Source: Bacillales bacterium UBA4100
GTDB taxonomy: Bacteria > Bacillota > Bacilli > Paenibacillales > UBA4045
NCBI GenBank assembly: GCA_002383285.1
Contig: DFXU01000007.1
Coordinates: 2,712-66,711, forward strand
DNA: 64,000 nucleotides
Direction: 5' to 3'
The notes below the pieces were generated by a model. It was not told where the DNA came from, made no database searches, and saw only the letters and a program-made list of their open reading frames with translations. Position 1 is the stretch's first letter, and every line of letters begins with the position of its first letter. A program made the position numbers and the translations under genes. Shown here one piece after another: positions 1 through 10,171 of this stretch.

Positions 1-425
1 CCAGGTCGTGTTGGGTGCTTGGTCAAAGCGTCTAGCTCCTGCCAAGAAACACCACTATCACGACTGACGAATATGCCCGCTTCCTCAACTCCAGCGTATA
101 AAGTCTTGGGCTCCATCGTTCCTCCTGGGACAAGCTGCCATATACGATTAAGAGAAAAACCACTTTCCTTCGAATACGAAGGCCCCTGCTCGATCTGTGT
201 CCAGCTTTCTCCCATATCATTAGACATTCTAATCGTCGCGCCGTAAGCAGCATGTGAGGTGCCTGCGAATATACGATGTCCCTGACGACTATCTCCGAGA
301 ATGCTATACACTTCCCAACCAGATAAAAAAGGACCGCTCAAACTCCATTCTCTTCGATTCACATCAGAGGAATAGATGAACAATCCTTTGTTCGTACCTA
401 CTAACAGCTTCACTCGCTTACCCAT
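1..425 (-). CDS. BNR/Asp-box repeat beta-propeller protein (sialidase/glycosidase-like). Only the N-terminal part is present because the gene runs off the window start.
   Basis: Absent from the ORF track because it is open-ended. ATG at 425 lies 5 nt after AGGAGGT (RC of 431-437). My translation MGKRVKLLVGTNKGLFIYS... contains two Asp-box motifs, SNDMGESW and SRDSGVSW. Confidence 0.7.
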   Translation of the reverse strand, partial: MGKRVKLLVGTNKGLFIYSSDVNRREWSLSGPFLSGWEVYSILGDSRQGHRIFAGTSHAAYGATIRMSNDMGESWTQIEQGPSYSKESGFSLNRIWQLVPGGTMEPKTLYAGVEEAGIFVSRDSGVSWQELDALTKHPTRP

Positions 426-467
426 TAGTTACCTCCTGAATATATATTTTTACAATATATTCAATAT

Positions 468-1202
468 TCAAGACTCATCTTGAAATTCCTTCAACCATTC
501 TAATTCTTTCTTACTTAATTCAAGTTGTTGAAGTAGATCAGGTCTTCGCTGCCAGGTACGTCGGAGGGATTCACGACGACGCCATTGTTCCACATTCACA
601 TGGTGACCAGATACTAGCACATCCGGTACAGACCAGTCACGGAACGTTGCAGGCCGAGTGTAGTGAGGATGCTCTAATAGTCCTGTGCTGAATGAATCAC
701 TCACTGCGGACATCTCATTGCCAAGAACGCCAGGTAATAGTCTGACTACACTGTCAATAACAGCCATCGCTGCGATTTCCCCACCGGTCAGTACATAATC
801 GCCAATTGAAATTTCGTCAGTTACCAGAAACTCTCTTATCCGTTCATCATAGCCTTCATAATGTCCACAGATAAACACGAGCTCTTGCTCGCCTGCTAGT
901 GACTCCGCCATACTCTGTGTATACCGCTTACCTTGAGGGCACATCAGAATGATACGAGGTCTAGTCGTCCAATCTAGCTGTAGACTATCTACCGCGTTGA
1001 ATATTGGCTCAGGCTTAAGCACCATCCCACCCCCACCACCATAGGGGGAATCATCAACGGTCATATGCTTGTTATTCGCATACTCACGAAAATTTACAGT
1101 TTGAATATTAACAATATTCTTTTCCTGAGCTTTCCCAATCATACTGTCTGTCAGTACCCCGTCGAACATATTCGGAAACAGCGTAAGGATGTGGATTCGC
1201 AT
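468..1202 (-). CDS. trmD: tRNA (guanine37-N1)-methyltransferase
   Basis: 244-aa ORF with a TrmD/SPOUT-like sequence ([19 protein letters not shown]). It directly follows rimM, as in the conserved rpsP-rimM-trmD operon. Confidence 0.95.
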   Translation of the reverse strand: MRIHILTLFPNMFDGVLTDSMIGKAQEKNIVNIQTVNFREYANNKHMTVDDSPYGGGGGMVLKPEPIFNAVDSLQLDWTTRPRIILMCPQGKRYTQSMAESLAGEQELVFICGHYEGYDERIREFLVTDEISIGDYVLTGGEIAAMAVIDSVVRLLPGVLGNEMSAVSDSFSTGLLEHPHYTRPATFRDWSVPDVLVSGHHVNVEQWRRRESLRRTWQRRPDLLQQLELSKKELEWLKEFQDES

Positions 1203-1204
1203 AT

Positions 1205-1732
1205 TTATATAAGCCCCTCTAGAATGTAAACAATCACTCGTTTGTTCTGAATATCGACATGCTTAACCACATCTTCAATATAAGGTATATATATAGCTTT
1301 TCCTGTAGAGGGTTGGACAACCCAGACATCATTAGCTCCCGGAGACAGAATTTCTTGAATAACGCCAAGCTCTTCCCCTTCATCACTAACTACAGTACAG
1401 CCAACAATTTCATTATAGTAGAATTCATGCTCGGAGAGATTAATTCGTTGATCCTTGTTAATTTTGAGCAGCCAACCCTTATACTTCTCTACCTCGTTAA
1501 TATCATTCCATGCAGAAAATTTAACAATATAAGTGTTCTTCATATTCCTTGAAGTAGCGACCTCTACTTCGATCTGCTTCGTTAGCTCAGGGTCCATCAT
1601 CGTCATACGACTACCTGGGCTAAAGCGTTGTTCTGGAAAATCCGTTTGGGATACAATCTTTAATTCGCCCTTAAGTCCATGAGTATTTGCAATGGTACCT
1701 ACCGTGAACCATTCATTTGCCAAGGTATTCAT
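1205..1732 (-). CDS. rimM: 16S rRNA processing protein RimM
   Basis: 175 aa, sitting between the KH-domain gene and trmD with a 2-nt gap to trmD. Length and layout fit RimM with a PRC barrel. Confidence 0.9.
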   Translation of the reverse strand: MNTLANEWFTVGTIANTHGLKGELKIVSQTDFPEQRFSPGSRMTMMDPELTKQIEVEVATSRNMKNTYIVKFSAWNDINEVEKYKGWLLKINKDQRINLSEHEFYYNEIVGCTVVSDEGEELGVIQEILSPGANDVWVVQPSTGKAIYIPYIEDVVKHVDIQNKRVIVYILEGLI

Positions 1733-1803
1733 CTCCTAAGTTCAATTATTCTTAGATAATGAAAAGGGTCAGGGATAGACCCCCAACCCTTCTCCGATAC
1801 ATC

Positions 1804-2034
1804 TTATGAGCTAATATCCACAGATACCCGTTTGCTATGCTTCACAGCTGCCGAGGTAACGACGGTGCGAAGCGCCTTGGCGATCCGACCTTGCTTGCCA
1901 ATCACTTTCCCTACATCACTAGGATGCACCAGTAAACGATAAACAATAACATGATCTTCTTCCACTTCATGCACATGAACTTCATCCGGAAAATCCACCA
2001 GAGCTTTGGCAATGACCGTAATAAGTTGTTTCAT
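1804..2034 (-). CDS. khpA: KH-domain RNA-binding protein (YlqC/KhpA family)
   Basis: 76 aa with the KH GXXG loop (VGKVIGKQGRIAKALRTV). It occupies the conserved position between rpsP and rimM. Confidence 0.85.
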   Translation of the reverse strand: MKQLITVIAKALVDFPDEVHVHEVEEDHVIVYRLLVHPSDVGKVIGKQGRIAKALRTVVTSAAVKHSKRVSVDISS

Positions 2035-2056
2035 CGTAATCCCTCCTGAAAGCTGA

Positions 2057-2329
2057 TTACTTGCTAAGCTTGGATTCGTGGAATTTCTTCATTACGCCCG
2101 CTTTGCTAAGCAAGTTACGGACAGTATCTGATGCTTGAGCACCATCTTGAAGCCATTTCAACGCTTTCTCTTCATCAAGAGTTACAGCTGCTGTAGGTGC
2201 AAGTGGATTATAAGTGCCAATTTCCTCTATGAAACGACCGTCTCTAGGAGAACGGGAATCGGAAACGACGACACGATAGAATGGAGCTTTATGTGCGCCC
2301 ATGCGCTTAAGTCGAATACGTACTGCCAT
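2057..2329 (-). CDS. rpsP: 30S ribosomal protein S16
   Basis: 90 aa starting [22 protein letters not shown], preceded by a GGAGGAGGTG RBS. Confidence 0.97.
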   Translation of the reverse strand: MAVRIRLKRMGAHKAPFYRVVVSDSRSPRDGRFIEEIGTYNPLAPTAAVTLDEEKALKWLQDGAQASDTVRNLLSKAGVMKKFHESKLSK

Positions 2330-2346
2330 GATATTTCACCTCCTCC

Positions 2347-2487
2347 AAAAATTAACTTTGTGACAAACGAGAAGTTTATTTTTGGCCTACACAGTGTAGC
2401 GCAGACCTGAAAAATTAACTTTGACAAACGAGAAGTTTATTTTTGGCCTACACAGTGTAGCGCAGACCTGAAAAATTAACTTTGTGG
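2347..2487. repeat. Tandem direct repeat, about 62-nt unit, 2.3 copies, in the ffh-rpsP spacer
   Basis: Copy 1 is 2347-2409 (63 nt). Copy 2 is 2410-2470 (61 nt) and is identical except for a 2-nt TG indel. A partial copy 3 spans 2471-2487. Each full unit carries the 13-bp palindrome CTACACAGTGTAG. Confidence 0.95.
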
Positions 2488-2498
2488 TTGTATTCTAA

Positions 2499-3860
2499 TC
2501 AACCAAACGGAAACTTCATACCTTTGCCAAGCTTACCCTTCAATCCTTTGGCGCCCTTACCGCCGCCCATCATGCCTGAGAATTGTTTCATCATCTTCTT
2601 CATATCCTCAAATTGCTTAAGCAATCGATTCACATCTTGTATGGAAGTACCACTCCCTAGTGCAATTCGTTTCCGACGATTTCCATTTAGGATCTCCGGC
2701 TTTCGTTTCTCCATCGTAGTCATGGATTTAACAATCGCTTCTACTCGACCCATCTGTTTCTCATCGACCTTCATATTTCCTTTCATCTTACCCATGCCTG
2801 GCATCATCTCCATAAGCTGGTCAAGCGGCCCCATCTTCTTCAACTGCTCCATCTGATCGAGGAAATCCTCTAATGTAAATTCAGCAGTTCTCATCTTACG
2901 TTCTAGCTCAGCAGCTTTATCGTTATCAATGTTAAATTGAGCCTTCTCGATGAGAGATAACATATCTCCCATACCAAGTATCCGTGAAGCCATCCGTTCT
3001 GGATGGAATGGTTCTAATGCATCGACCTTCTCACCGGTAGCAGCGAATTTGATCGGACACCCTGTAACGGCTTTAACGGATAATGCAGCTCCACCACGGG
3101 TATCACCATCAAGCTTGGTTAATACGACACCGGTAAGTTCCATCTGTTGATGGAAGTTATTAGCTACATTGACAGCATCCTGTCCTGTCATAGCATCGAT
3201 AACCAGGAGGATTTCATCAGGATTAACAGCTGATCGTATTTGCTGCAGCTCGTCCATCAGATTCTCATCAATATGCAGTCGGCCTGCTGTATCAATAATT
3301 AGATAATCGAGATGGTTATCCTTAGCATGCTGCAGTCCAGCTTTGGCGATTGCAATCGGACTCGTCTGATCACCTAATGTAAATACGGGCACATTAATTT
3401 GGCTTCCTAACACTTGAAGCTGCTTGATAGCGGCGGGTCGATAAATGTCCGCTGCTACTAATAGCGGTTTATGGTTTTGCTTCTGCAGCAACTTAGCTAA
3501 CTTACCTGAGGTTGTTGTCTTACCGGCCCCTTGTAACCCGACCATCATGATAACTGTTGGAGGACGATTGTTATGGGCTAATTTACTTTGAGTTCCACCC
3601 ATAAGCTCAGTAAGTTGCTTGTTAACAATATCGATAACGACCATACCAGGAGTAAAGCTCTTCATTACATCCTGACCAATCGCTTGTTCCTTTACCTTAG
3701 CAATAAAATCCTTGACGACTTTAAAATTAACATCCGCTTCAAGTAAAGCGAGTCTAACCTCACGAAGTGCCTCATTGACATCTTCTTCGCTCAACTTGCC
3801 GCGACCCTTCAGCTTACTGAATACATTCTGTAATCGGCTCGATAGTCCTTCGAATGCCAT
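2499..3860 (-). CDS. ffh: Signal recognition particle protein Ffh (SRP54 GTPase)
   Basis: Contains GLQGAGKTTT, DTAGR and TKLDGD GTPase motifs plus a Met-rich C-terminal M domain. I trimmed the ORF-track start (3872) to ATG 3860, which lies 9 nt after GGGGGTG. Confidence 0.95.
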   Translation of the reverse strand: MAFEGLSSRLQNVFSKLKGRGKLSEEDVNEALREVRLALLEADVNFKVVKDFIAKVKEQAIGQDVMKSFTPGMVVIDIVNKQLTELMGGTQSKLAHNNRPPTVIMMVGLQGAGKTTTSGKLAKLLQKQNHKPLLVAADIYRPAAIKQLQVLGSQINVPVFTLGDQTSPIAIAKAGLQHAKDNHLDYLIIDTAGRLHIDENLMDELQQIRSAVNPDEILLVIDAMTGQDAVNVANNFHQQMELTGVVLTKLDGDTRGGAALSVKAVTGCPIKFAATGEKVDALEPFHPERMASRILGMGDMLSLIEKAQFNIDNDKAAELERKMRTAEFTLEDFLDQMEQLKKMGPLDQLMEMMPGMGKMKGNMKVDEKQMGRVEAIVKSMTTMEKRKPEILNGNRRKRIALGSGTSIQDVNRLLKQFEDMKKMMKQFSGMMGGGKGAKGLKGKLGKGMKFPFG

Positions 3861-3895
3861 GTTCGTCATCACCCCCTGCCTATTGAATCAGACTG

Positions 3896-4243
3896 TTATT
3901 CTAAGCGGTTTAACTGATCTAATAGTTTCGTTATTGTTTGCCTATATTCTTCAGGAACCTTCTCGATCTCCAATTGAAGTTGATCCATAAGCTCTCTGTT
4001 TCGATTATGTTTACCTAACAAGCTTAGCTTCAATTCATATTCCTCTAGCATGTGCTCGGCTCGTTTAATATGCTCGAACACAGCTTGTCGACTAATATCA
4101 AATTCAGTTGCGATCTCACCTAATGAGAAATCATCATGATAATAACACCTTAGGAAGGTCTGCTGCTTCTCCGTCAATAATGTTTGATAAAAATCAAACA
4201 GCATATTGATCCGGATCGTCTTCTCAAGACTTTGATCTTGCAT
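3896..4243 (-). CDS. ylxM: YlxM/UPF0122 putative helix-turn-helix protein
   Basis: Small HTH protein immediately upstream of ffh, as in other Firmicutes. I moved the start to ATG 4243 ([19 protein letters not shown]), which follows a GAGGAG RBS. Confidence 0.85.
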   Translation of the reverse strand: MQDQSLEKTIRINMLFDFYQTLLTEKQQTFLRCYYHDDFSLGEIATEFDISRQAVFEHIKRAEHMLEEYELKLSLLGKHNRNRELMDQLQLEIEKVPEEYRQTITKLLDQLNRLE

Positions 4244-4295
4244 GGTGTTCACTCCTCTCGTCAAGGGAAAACACTTGTCATGTGCAACATTTATT

Positions 4296-4324
4296 ATTCT
4301 AACCAATCTACTCTATACTGTCAA
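4296..4324 (-). promoter_or_regulatory. Sigma-A-type promoter for ylxM-ffh
   Basis: On the minus strand, TTGACA (4324-4319), a 17-nt spacer, then TAGAAT (4301-4296), about 50 nt upstream of the ylxM start. Confidence 0.6.
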
Positions 4325-4337
4325 GTATAAATCCCTG

Positions 4338-5351
4338 TCAGCTAATCCATCCACGATCATATTGTTCTGGTGCAATAATTGAATAATTCAGCTGCTTAGC
4401 AGCTCTTCTTGCCCAGTAAGGATCTCGAAGCAGCTCACGACCAAGAAAGATTAAGTCTGCTTGATTATGTATCAATATTTCATTAGCTTGATCAGGATCA
4501 GTAATAATTCCCACCGCTCCTGTCGCTATTCCTACCTGCTTGCGAATATGCTCTGCATACTGAACCTGATAACCCGGAAATACGTCGAGTGATGCTGGAA
4601 CAACCCCGCCAGAGCTGCAATCAATCAGATCAACGCCCTGCTTCTTCATTCGCTCTGAATAATAGGTTATATCGTCCAATGTATTGCCTTCTGGATGATA
4701 TTCTGCAGCAGATATACGTACGAACAATGGGCCCTTCCAGCTCAGCCTGATGGTATTAATAATTCGTTCTAGAAAATGATAGCGTCGCTCCCGATCACCG
4801 CCATATTGATCTTCGCGATGATTAGACAGCGGTGACAGAAATTCATTAATTAAATAACCGTGAGCAGCATGAATTTCGATAACATCAAACCCAGCCTCGT
4901 ATGCTCTAACGGCAGCATCCCCAAAGCTTTGAATGGTTTCCTCAACTTGTTCAATAGTCATTTCCAGTGGAGTTCTATACTTATCATTGAAAGCAACAGC
5001 AGAAGGAGCTATAATCGGACCCTCTACCTCACTTTTTCTCCCTGCATGTGCAAGCTGTATACCAATTTTTCCATTATGCTCATGAGTCAGACCTACTAAT
5101 TCTCTTAATCCTGCAATATGATCATCGCTCCATATACCCAAGTCCTTTGGAGAAATTCTTCCCTGTTCGGTCACGGCACTAGCCTCAACTATTATCAAAC
5201 CAACCTGCCCTACTGCCCGACTTGAATAATGCATTTTGTGCCAATTCATGACCTTACCATCTTCAGATGTACACGAATACATACACATCGGCGACATAAC
5301 AATTCTATTCTTAAGCTCTAAATTTCCGATTGTCATTGGTGTGAACAGCAT
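4338..5351 (-). CDS. namA: NADPH dehydrogenase, Old Yellow Enzyme family (YqjM/NamA type)
   Basis: 337 aa with a YqjM-like N-terminus ([14 protein letters not shown]) and the [14 protein letters not shown] motif. Confidence 0.85.
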   Translation of the reverse strand: MLFTPMTIGNLELKNRIVMSPMCMYSCTSEDGKVMNWHKMHYSSRAVGQVGLIIVEASAVTEQGRISPKDLGIWSDDHIAGLRELVGLTHEHNGKIGIQLAHAGRKSEVEGPIIAPSAVAFNDKYRTPLEMTIEQVEETIQSFGDAAVRAYEAGFDVIEIHAAHGYLINEFLSPLSNHREDQYGGDRERRYHFLERIINTIRLSWKGPLFVRISAAEYHPEGNTLDDITYYSERMKKQGVDLIDCSSGGVVPASLDVFPGYQVQYAEHIRKQVGIATGAVGIITDPDQANEILIHNQADLIFLGRELLRDPYWARRAAKQLNYSIIAPEQYDRGWIS

Positions 5352-5382
5352 GATGTAATCCTTCTTTCTAATTAGTTAGTAG

Positions 5383-6369
5383 TCAAGCTTCCTCTCGTGC
5401 AATTAAACCTGAGAATAACCCATATACGAATTGCTCAGAGTCGAATGGTTGTAGATCATCCATCTTCTCACCAAGTCCAACAAATTTAACAGGAATATCT
5501 AACTCTTGTTTAATTGCGATAACAATGCCACCTTTAGCGGTTCCATCAAGCTTCGTAAGTACTAACCCACTCACCCCCGATTTATCACCAAATAATTTAG
5601 CCTGACTAAGTGCATTCTGTCCTGTAGTCGCATCTATAACGAGCAGCACCTCATGAGGTGCATCAGGAACTTCTCTCCGAATAACACGATATATCTTATT
5701 TAACTCTTCCATCAAGTTCGATTTATTCTGTAAACGACCTGCAGTATCACAGAGCAGAACATCCACATTCCGATTCTTGGCTGCTTGAACAGCGTCAAAC
5801 ATCACCGCAGCAGGATCTGATCCAGACTGCTGCTTAATAACGTCCACACCAACACGTTGTCCCCAAACCTCAAGCTGTTCAATTGCTCCAGCACGGAACG
5901 TATCACCTGCAGCCAACAATACATGCTTGCCCTGCTGCTTTAATCGATGAGCCAGCTTACCGATTGAGGTTGTCTTACCAACACCGTTAACACCTACGAA
6001 TAGAATAATCGATAGGCCATTCTTTGCCATCGTAAGCTCATTATCCTGTCTCCCAGAACTCATTAATGCCATTAACTTTTCAGATAAAATTGGTTGAAGC
6101 TCAACAGCATCCTCTATCTTCTGCTTACGCACCGCTGCACGTAGCTCATCAATTAACTTCATCACTGTTGGGATTCCAACATCAGCACCGATCAGAATCT
6201 CTTCTAGTTCTTCAAAGAAATCCTCATCTATCTTTTTGCGACGCAAGATCAGATCTTCAACCTTCTCGACAAATGCGTCTCTGGTTTTCGATAAACCATC
6301 CTTAAACTTCGATGTAACAGCCTCAGTGCTTGATGATATCGATTCTTTTAACTTTTGAAAAAAGCTCAT
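5383..6369 (-). CDS. ftsY: Signal recognition particle receptor FtsY
   Basis: Contains GVNGVGKTTS, DTAGR and TKLDGTAKGG SRP-GTPase motifs, and follows smc. Confidence 0.95.
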   Translation of the reverse strand: MSFFQKLKESISSSTEAVTSKFKDGLSKTRDAFVEKVEDLILRRKKIDEDFFEELEEILIGADVGIPTVMKLIDELRAAVRKQKIEDAVELQPILSEKLMALMSSGRQDNELTMAKNGLSIILFVGVNGVGKTTSIGKLAHRLKQQGKHVLLAAGDTFRAGAIEQLEVWGQRVGVDVIKQQSGSDPAAVMFDAVQAAKNRNVDVLLCDTAGRLQNKSNLMEELNKIYRVIRREVPDAPHEVLLVIDATTGQNALSQAKLFGDKSGVSGLVLTKLDGTAKGGIVIAIKQELDIPVKFVGLGEKMDDLQPFDSEQFVYGLFSGLIAREEA

Positions 6370-6430
6370 TATATCTAACCCCTATCCATATCTCTATAAG
6401 TATCGTGTTCTATTTCGATTTATCTACACC

Positions 6431-9400
6431 TTACGCTGAGACAGATTCATCTTCAAGACGTACAGATACAAGCTTGGAAACGCCATGATCCTCCATGGTA
6501 ACACCATAGAGTACATCAGCCTCTTCCATCGTTCCTTTTCGATGTGTAACAACAATAAATTGTGTGTCCTCTGAAAATTCTCTAAGATATTCAGCAAATC
6601 GGGATACATTCGCTTCATCCAAAGCGGCTTCTACTTCATCTAGTACACAGAAAGGGACCGGCTTTATACGAAGAATTGCGAATAATAATGCGATTGCGGT
6701 TAAGGCACGTTCTCCACCTGATAGCAGCTGAAGATTTTGCAGCTTCTTGCCTGGCGGTTGGGCAACTATATCAATACCCGTTTCCAATAATTGATCAGGA
6801 TCAGCAAGCACAAGATCAGCACGTCCACCCCCGAACAAGCGAGTGAACACGATTGCGAATTGAATGCGGATCGCATCGAAGGTTGTGCGGAATCGCTTAG
6901 ACATCTCTTCATTCATATCGTGAATAACTTGGTATAATGTCGTCTTGGCTTCAATCAAATCTGCTTTTTGTGCACTCAAAAATTGGAATCTCTCATTCAC
7001 ACGCTGGAACTCCTCAATCGCTCCTAGGTTTACATCACCAAGTTTGGCGATTTCGCGCTTCAAATCCCTAACTAAATTCTGAGTCCCAAGAACATCCTCA
7101 GGAATTGGATAACGCTCCTTAGCAAGCTCATAGCTTAGCTCATATTCTTCAGATAGTTTCTTAAGGAGGCCGTCTAACTCAACATCAAGTCTATTCACAC
7201 GAACTTCCGTCTGATGCAATTGCTCTTCAATACGACGCAGGTTAGCACGCTGCTCACGAATATGGCTTTCTTCCTCATCCAATTGCTTAATACGCTCTGC
7301 CCGATCCGCTCGTTTATAATCAATTTCTTCCGAATTCGCTTTCTTATCAAGATGAAATTGATTCATTCTCTCAACCTGCTGTACAATTTCCAATTCATTC
7401 GAATCATAATCGCGTTGAAGCTGTTCAAGCAGGAGTACGCTGTTATTATGCTCAACTTGTGTGCTTTCCATATCCTGCTCGAATCGATGGAGTTGATCGG
7501 ATAATGATGCTCTCTCTTGCGCTAAGGCAGCTGTTCGAACCTTTAGGTCAGTTAGCTCTTCCTGCAATAATTCCTTCGTGGATTCGTTCATCTTTCTTGT
7601 TGTTTCTGCCTGCAGAATGGCTTCTTGAATACGAGCCTGCTCTTGCTCTAATAGGATGGATTGTTCAGCTAAAACTATTCTGCGCTCTGCAGCTTTCTTC
7701 TGATCAACCTCATGTCCATCATGGTCCTCATTATACATATCCAATTGGGCTTGAATATGATTCAATTCACTGTCAATTTGCTGTGAATCCGCCTTTATCT
7801 GCTGCTCTTCAATTCTCTTCTGCTCACCCTCCTGACGAAGATGATCTAGCGTAACTAGCAAATCAGCGCTTTCTTTTTTGATTACATTGTACTTCTCTCT
7901 CAATTCCTTGAGCTGCTGTTCTGTTAGAATAATTTCTTGCTGAATCGCTTCTATCTGCCGCTGACGTCCTAGCAGATTAGCCCCACGCTTCTGAAGCGTA
8001 CCACCTGTCATGGATCCACCAGCATTCACTACGTCGCCTTCCTGCGTTACTACACGGAACCTATACTTACATGAAGCCGCAATTCGATTGGCGTCCTCCA
8101 GCTGCTCTGCAATAATAATTTGACCGAGCAAGTTTCGAGCAATATCATCATATTGTGCATCGAATTGGATCAAATCAACAGCAACACCTACAAAGCCTTT
8201 CATTCCGCGCACTTGATTTAACTCATAGTCATTAATTGAACGACCTTTAATAACATCAAGTGGTAAGAATGTTGCTCTACCGAGTTGACGCTTTTTCAGA
8301 AAATTAATCGCTTCTCTTGCATCCGTCTCATTATTCATTACGATATGCTGAAGAGCTCCGCCTAGCGCAGTCTCGAGTGCAACTTCTACATGTGCCGGCA
8401 CCTTCAGAAGCTCGGCCACTGCACCATGTACTCCGCGGAGACCACCTGAAGAAGACCCACGGCTTTTCAGCACTTCTTTAACACCATGTATGAAACCATC
8501 ATAATCATTCTGCATCTCAGTCATTGTATCTCGACGAGAAACACTTGCATCCAGCTTCTGCTCCCACTTGCGTATCGCCTGTTGTACTTCCTCTATAAGC
8601 TGCTGGTCCTTGCGCATCTTCTCGCTTAATTGTAGATATTCATTGCGAATACGAGTAATCTGGGTGGCAAGCTGCTCCATCTGGAGAGCAACAGCTGATT
8701 TCTTCAGAACAAACTGCTCTCGCTGTTCCGTCCAACGTTCCTTCTCTTCAAGAATACGCTCTACCTTACGACCGATCCCTTCACTTTGCTGCTCCAAGAA
8801 TTTCAATTCATTGCGAACCTGAGCAATCTGATTCAAGGAATCGATTAATTCGGCCTTTAATTGTTCCTCAACAATTGAATCTCTACCGTTCACACCCAAG
8901 AGCTTATCTTCTTCCGTCTTAAGACTAGCCCTAAGCTCCGTCAATTGACGATTAACCTCACTAAATTTGCTCTGAACATCCTCCTTCTCCACCTTACGAT
9001 CATGCATACGTCGAGATTGGATGTCCATCGACTGATTCAATTGTTCTCGATTCGTAGTTAAATGCTTACGACGCTCGCGTAAAACCTCGACCTGACCAGA
9101 GCTCCTATCGAATTCCTCACTAACACTTAGGAGCGATTCATGCAGCCGCTCCAGCTCCTCCTCTACAATACGCAGCTCAGCCCTTGATTTCTCAAGACGA
9201 GCATCGTGACGATTCACTACAGTTGAGACTTCTAGCTGTTCATGCTCGAGCTGCTTTAGCTTATTCCCAGATTCCGTCCAAGAACGATGAAGCTGATCTA
9301 TCTGAACCACATACATTGATATTTCGTTAAATTTCAATTCTTCTTTAAGCTTCTTGAATTGTTGCGCAACCTCAGATTGCTCTCTTAATGGATCTAACTG

Positions 9401-10000
9401 ATCCTCAAGCTCAGTAATAAGATCATGGATGCGAAGTAAATTATTCTCTGTCTCATCCATCTTCTTCTGAGCTTCTTTTCTTCTTGACTTATATTTCACA
9501 ATCCCTGAGGCTTCTTCGAAGATTGCCCGACGATCCTCAGAGCGCGTGCTAAGTATTTCCTCAATACGACCTTGTCCAATAATCGAATACGCTTCTTTAC
9601 CAATACCGGTGTCCATGAATAATTCCGTTATGTCCTTTAATCTACAGGATTGTTTATTAATAAAATATTCGCTATCACCATTCCTATGGATACGCCGAGT
9701 TACGGTTACTTCACTGTAATCTAATGATAATCCGTGGTCTGTATTATCTAAAGTTAAAGAGACCTCGCCATAATTAACAGCCTTACGCGAATCGCTTCCA
9801 GAGAATATGATATCCTGCATATTACCGCCACGAAGTGACTTGGCGCTCTGCTCACCAAGAACCCAACGAATTCCATCGGAAATATTACTTTTGCCGCTTC
9901 CATTAGGGCCAACAACTGCGGTAATACCTTGAACAAATTCCAGTTCGGTTTTATCTGCAAAGGATTTAAATCCTGTTAGTTCAATGCGCTTAAGGAACAT
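6431..10000 (-). CDS. smc: Chromosome partition protein Smc
   Basis: 1189 aa with N-terminal Walker [10 protein letters not shown], very long coiled-coil arms, a central hinge, and the C-terminal LSGGE signature followed by Walker B ([12 protein letters not shown]). Confidence 0.97.
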   Translation of the reverse strand: MFLKRIELTGFKSFADKTELEFVQGITAVVGPNGSGKSNISDGIRWVLGEQSAKSLRGGNMQDIIFSGSDSRKAVNYGEVSLTLDNTDHGLSLDYSEVTVTRRIHRNGDSEYFINKQSCRLKDITELFMDTGIGKEAYSIIGQGRIEEILSTRSEDRRAIFEEASGIVKYKSRRKEAQKKMDETENNLLRIHDLITELEDQLDPLREQSEVAQQFKKLKEELKFNEISMYVVQIDQLHRSWTESGNKLKQLEHEQLEVSTVVNRHDARLEKSRAELRIVEEELERLHESLLSVSEEFDRSSGQVEVLRERRKHLTTNREQLNQSMDIQSRRMHDRKVEKEDVQSKFSEVNRQLTELRASLKTEEDKLLGVNGRDSIVEEQLKAELIDSLNQIAQVRNELKFLEQQSEGIGRKVERILEEKERWTEQREQFVLKKSAVALQMEQLATQITRIRNEYLQLSEKMRKDQQLIEEVQQAIRKWEQKLDASVSRRDTMTEMQNDYDGFIHGVKEVLKSRGSSSGGLRGVHGAVAELLKVPAHVEVALETALGGALQHIVMNNETDAREAINFLKKRQLGRATFLPLDVIKGRSINDYELNQVRGMKGFVGVAVDLIQFDAQYDDIARNLLGQIIIAEQLEDANRIAASCKYRFRVVTQEGDVVNAGGSMTGGTLQKRGANLLGRQRQIEAIQQEIILTEQQLKELREKYNVIKKESADLLVTLDHLRQEGEQKRIEEQQIKADSQQIDSELNHIQAQLDMYNEDHDGHEVDQKKAAERRIVLAEQSILLEQEQARIQEAILQAETTRKMNESTKELLQEELTDLKVRTAALAQERASLSDQLHRFEQDMESTQVEHNNSVLLLEQLQRDYDSNELEIVQQVERMNQFHLDKKANSEEIDYKRADRAERIKQLDEEESHIREQRANLRRIEEQLHQTEVRVNRLDVELDGLLKKLSEEYELSYELAKERYPIPEDVLGTQNLVRDLKREIAKLGDVNLGAIEEFQRVNERFQFLSAQKADLIEAKTTLYQVIHDMNEEMSKRFRTTFDAIRIQFAIVFTRLFGGGRADLVLADPDQLLETGIDIVAQPPGKKLQNLQLLSGGERALTAIALLFAILRIKPVPFCVLDEVEAALDEANVSRFAEYLREFSEDTQFIVVTHRKGTMEEADVLYGVTMEDHGVSKLVSVRLEDESVSA

Positions 10001-10096
10001 GGTTTCACCCTATCTTAAATAATTAACAGACTCCTAGCTTATTCTATCATAATGCATAGCAAAAGAGCACTACAAACCACCCGTCACTCTTTGCAT

Positions 10097-10171
10097 AATA
10101 GCCTGATTTCTTATATTTAATTCATATGCCCGTTGGCACACTCATGAATTAGTCTAAGAAATCAGGCTATT
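10097..10171 (-). other. Long composite hairpin immediately 3' of rnc (candidate dsRNA processing element)
   Basis: A perfect 17-bp outer helix pairs 10097-10113 with 10155-10171. An 8-bp middle helix pairs 10118-10125 with 10144-10151. A 4-bp apical helix pairs 10127-10130 with 10135-10138. The right arm overlaps the rnc stop codon, and no T-run follows on the minus strand. Confidence 0.6.

Noticed and set aside
19-253. Two mutually overlapping ORFs from the track (19-246 plus strand, 32-253 minus strand) at the window start
   Set aside because: Both are out of frame with a much better open-ended minus-strand gene (1-425). That gene has a strong AGGAGGT RBS and Asp-box motifs, so these two are shadow ORFs.
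1733-1803. Small hairpin AAGGGT...ACCCTT followed by TTTT between khpA and rimM
   Set aside because: The stem is short (6+3 bp) and sits inside a universally co-transcribed operon. It is at best a weak attenuator, and I did not list it as a feature.
2135-2427. ORFs 2135-2410 (plus strand) and 2227-2427 (minus strand) running from rpsP into the tandem repeat
   Set aside because: One is antisense to rpsP. The other is out of frame with rpsP on the same strand. Both extend into repeat DNA, and they have no RBS and no recognisable protein features.
2347-2487. Considered whether the repeat is a CRISPR array
   Set aside because: The copies are directly contiguous with no unique spacers. There are only about 2.3 units of 62 nt, and no cas genes are nearby. 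It is a simple tandem duplication.
7214-8822. A series of plus-strand ORFs (7214-7504, 7459-7854, 8568-8822) inside smc
   Set aside because: They are antisense to the well-supported smc coiled-coil region. Their low-complexity Leu/Ser/Phe-rich translations are typical of the mirror frame of Glu/Lys/Leu-rich coiled-coil coding, and none has an RBS.
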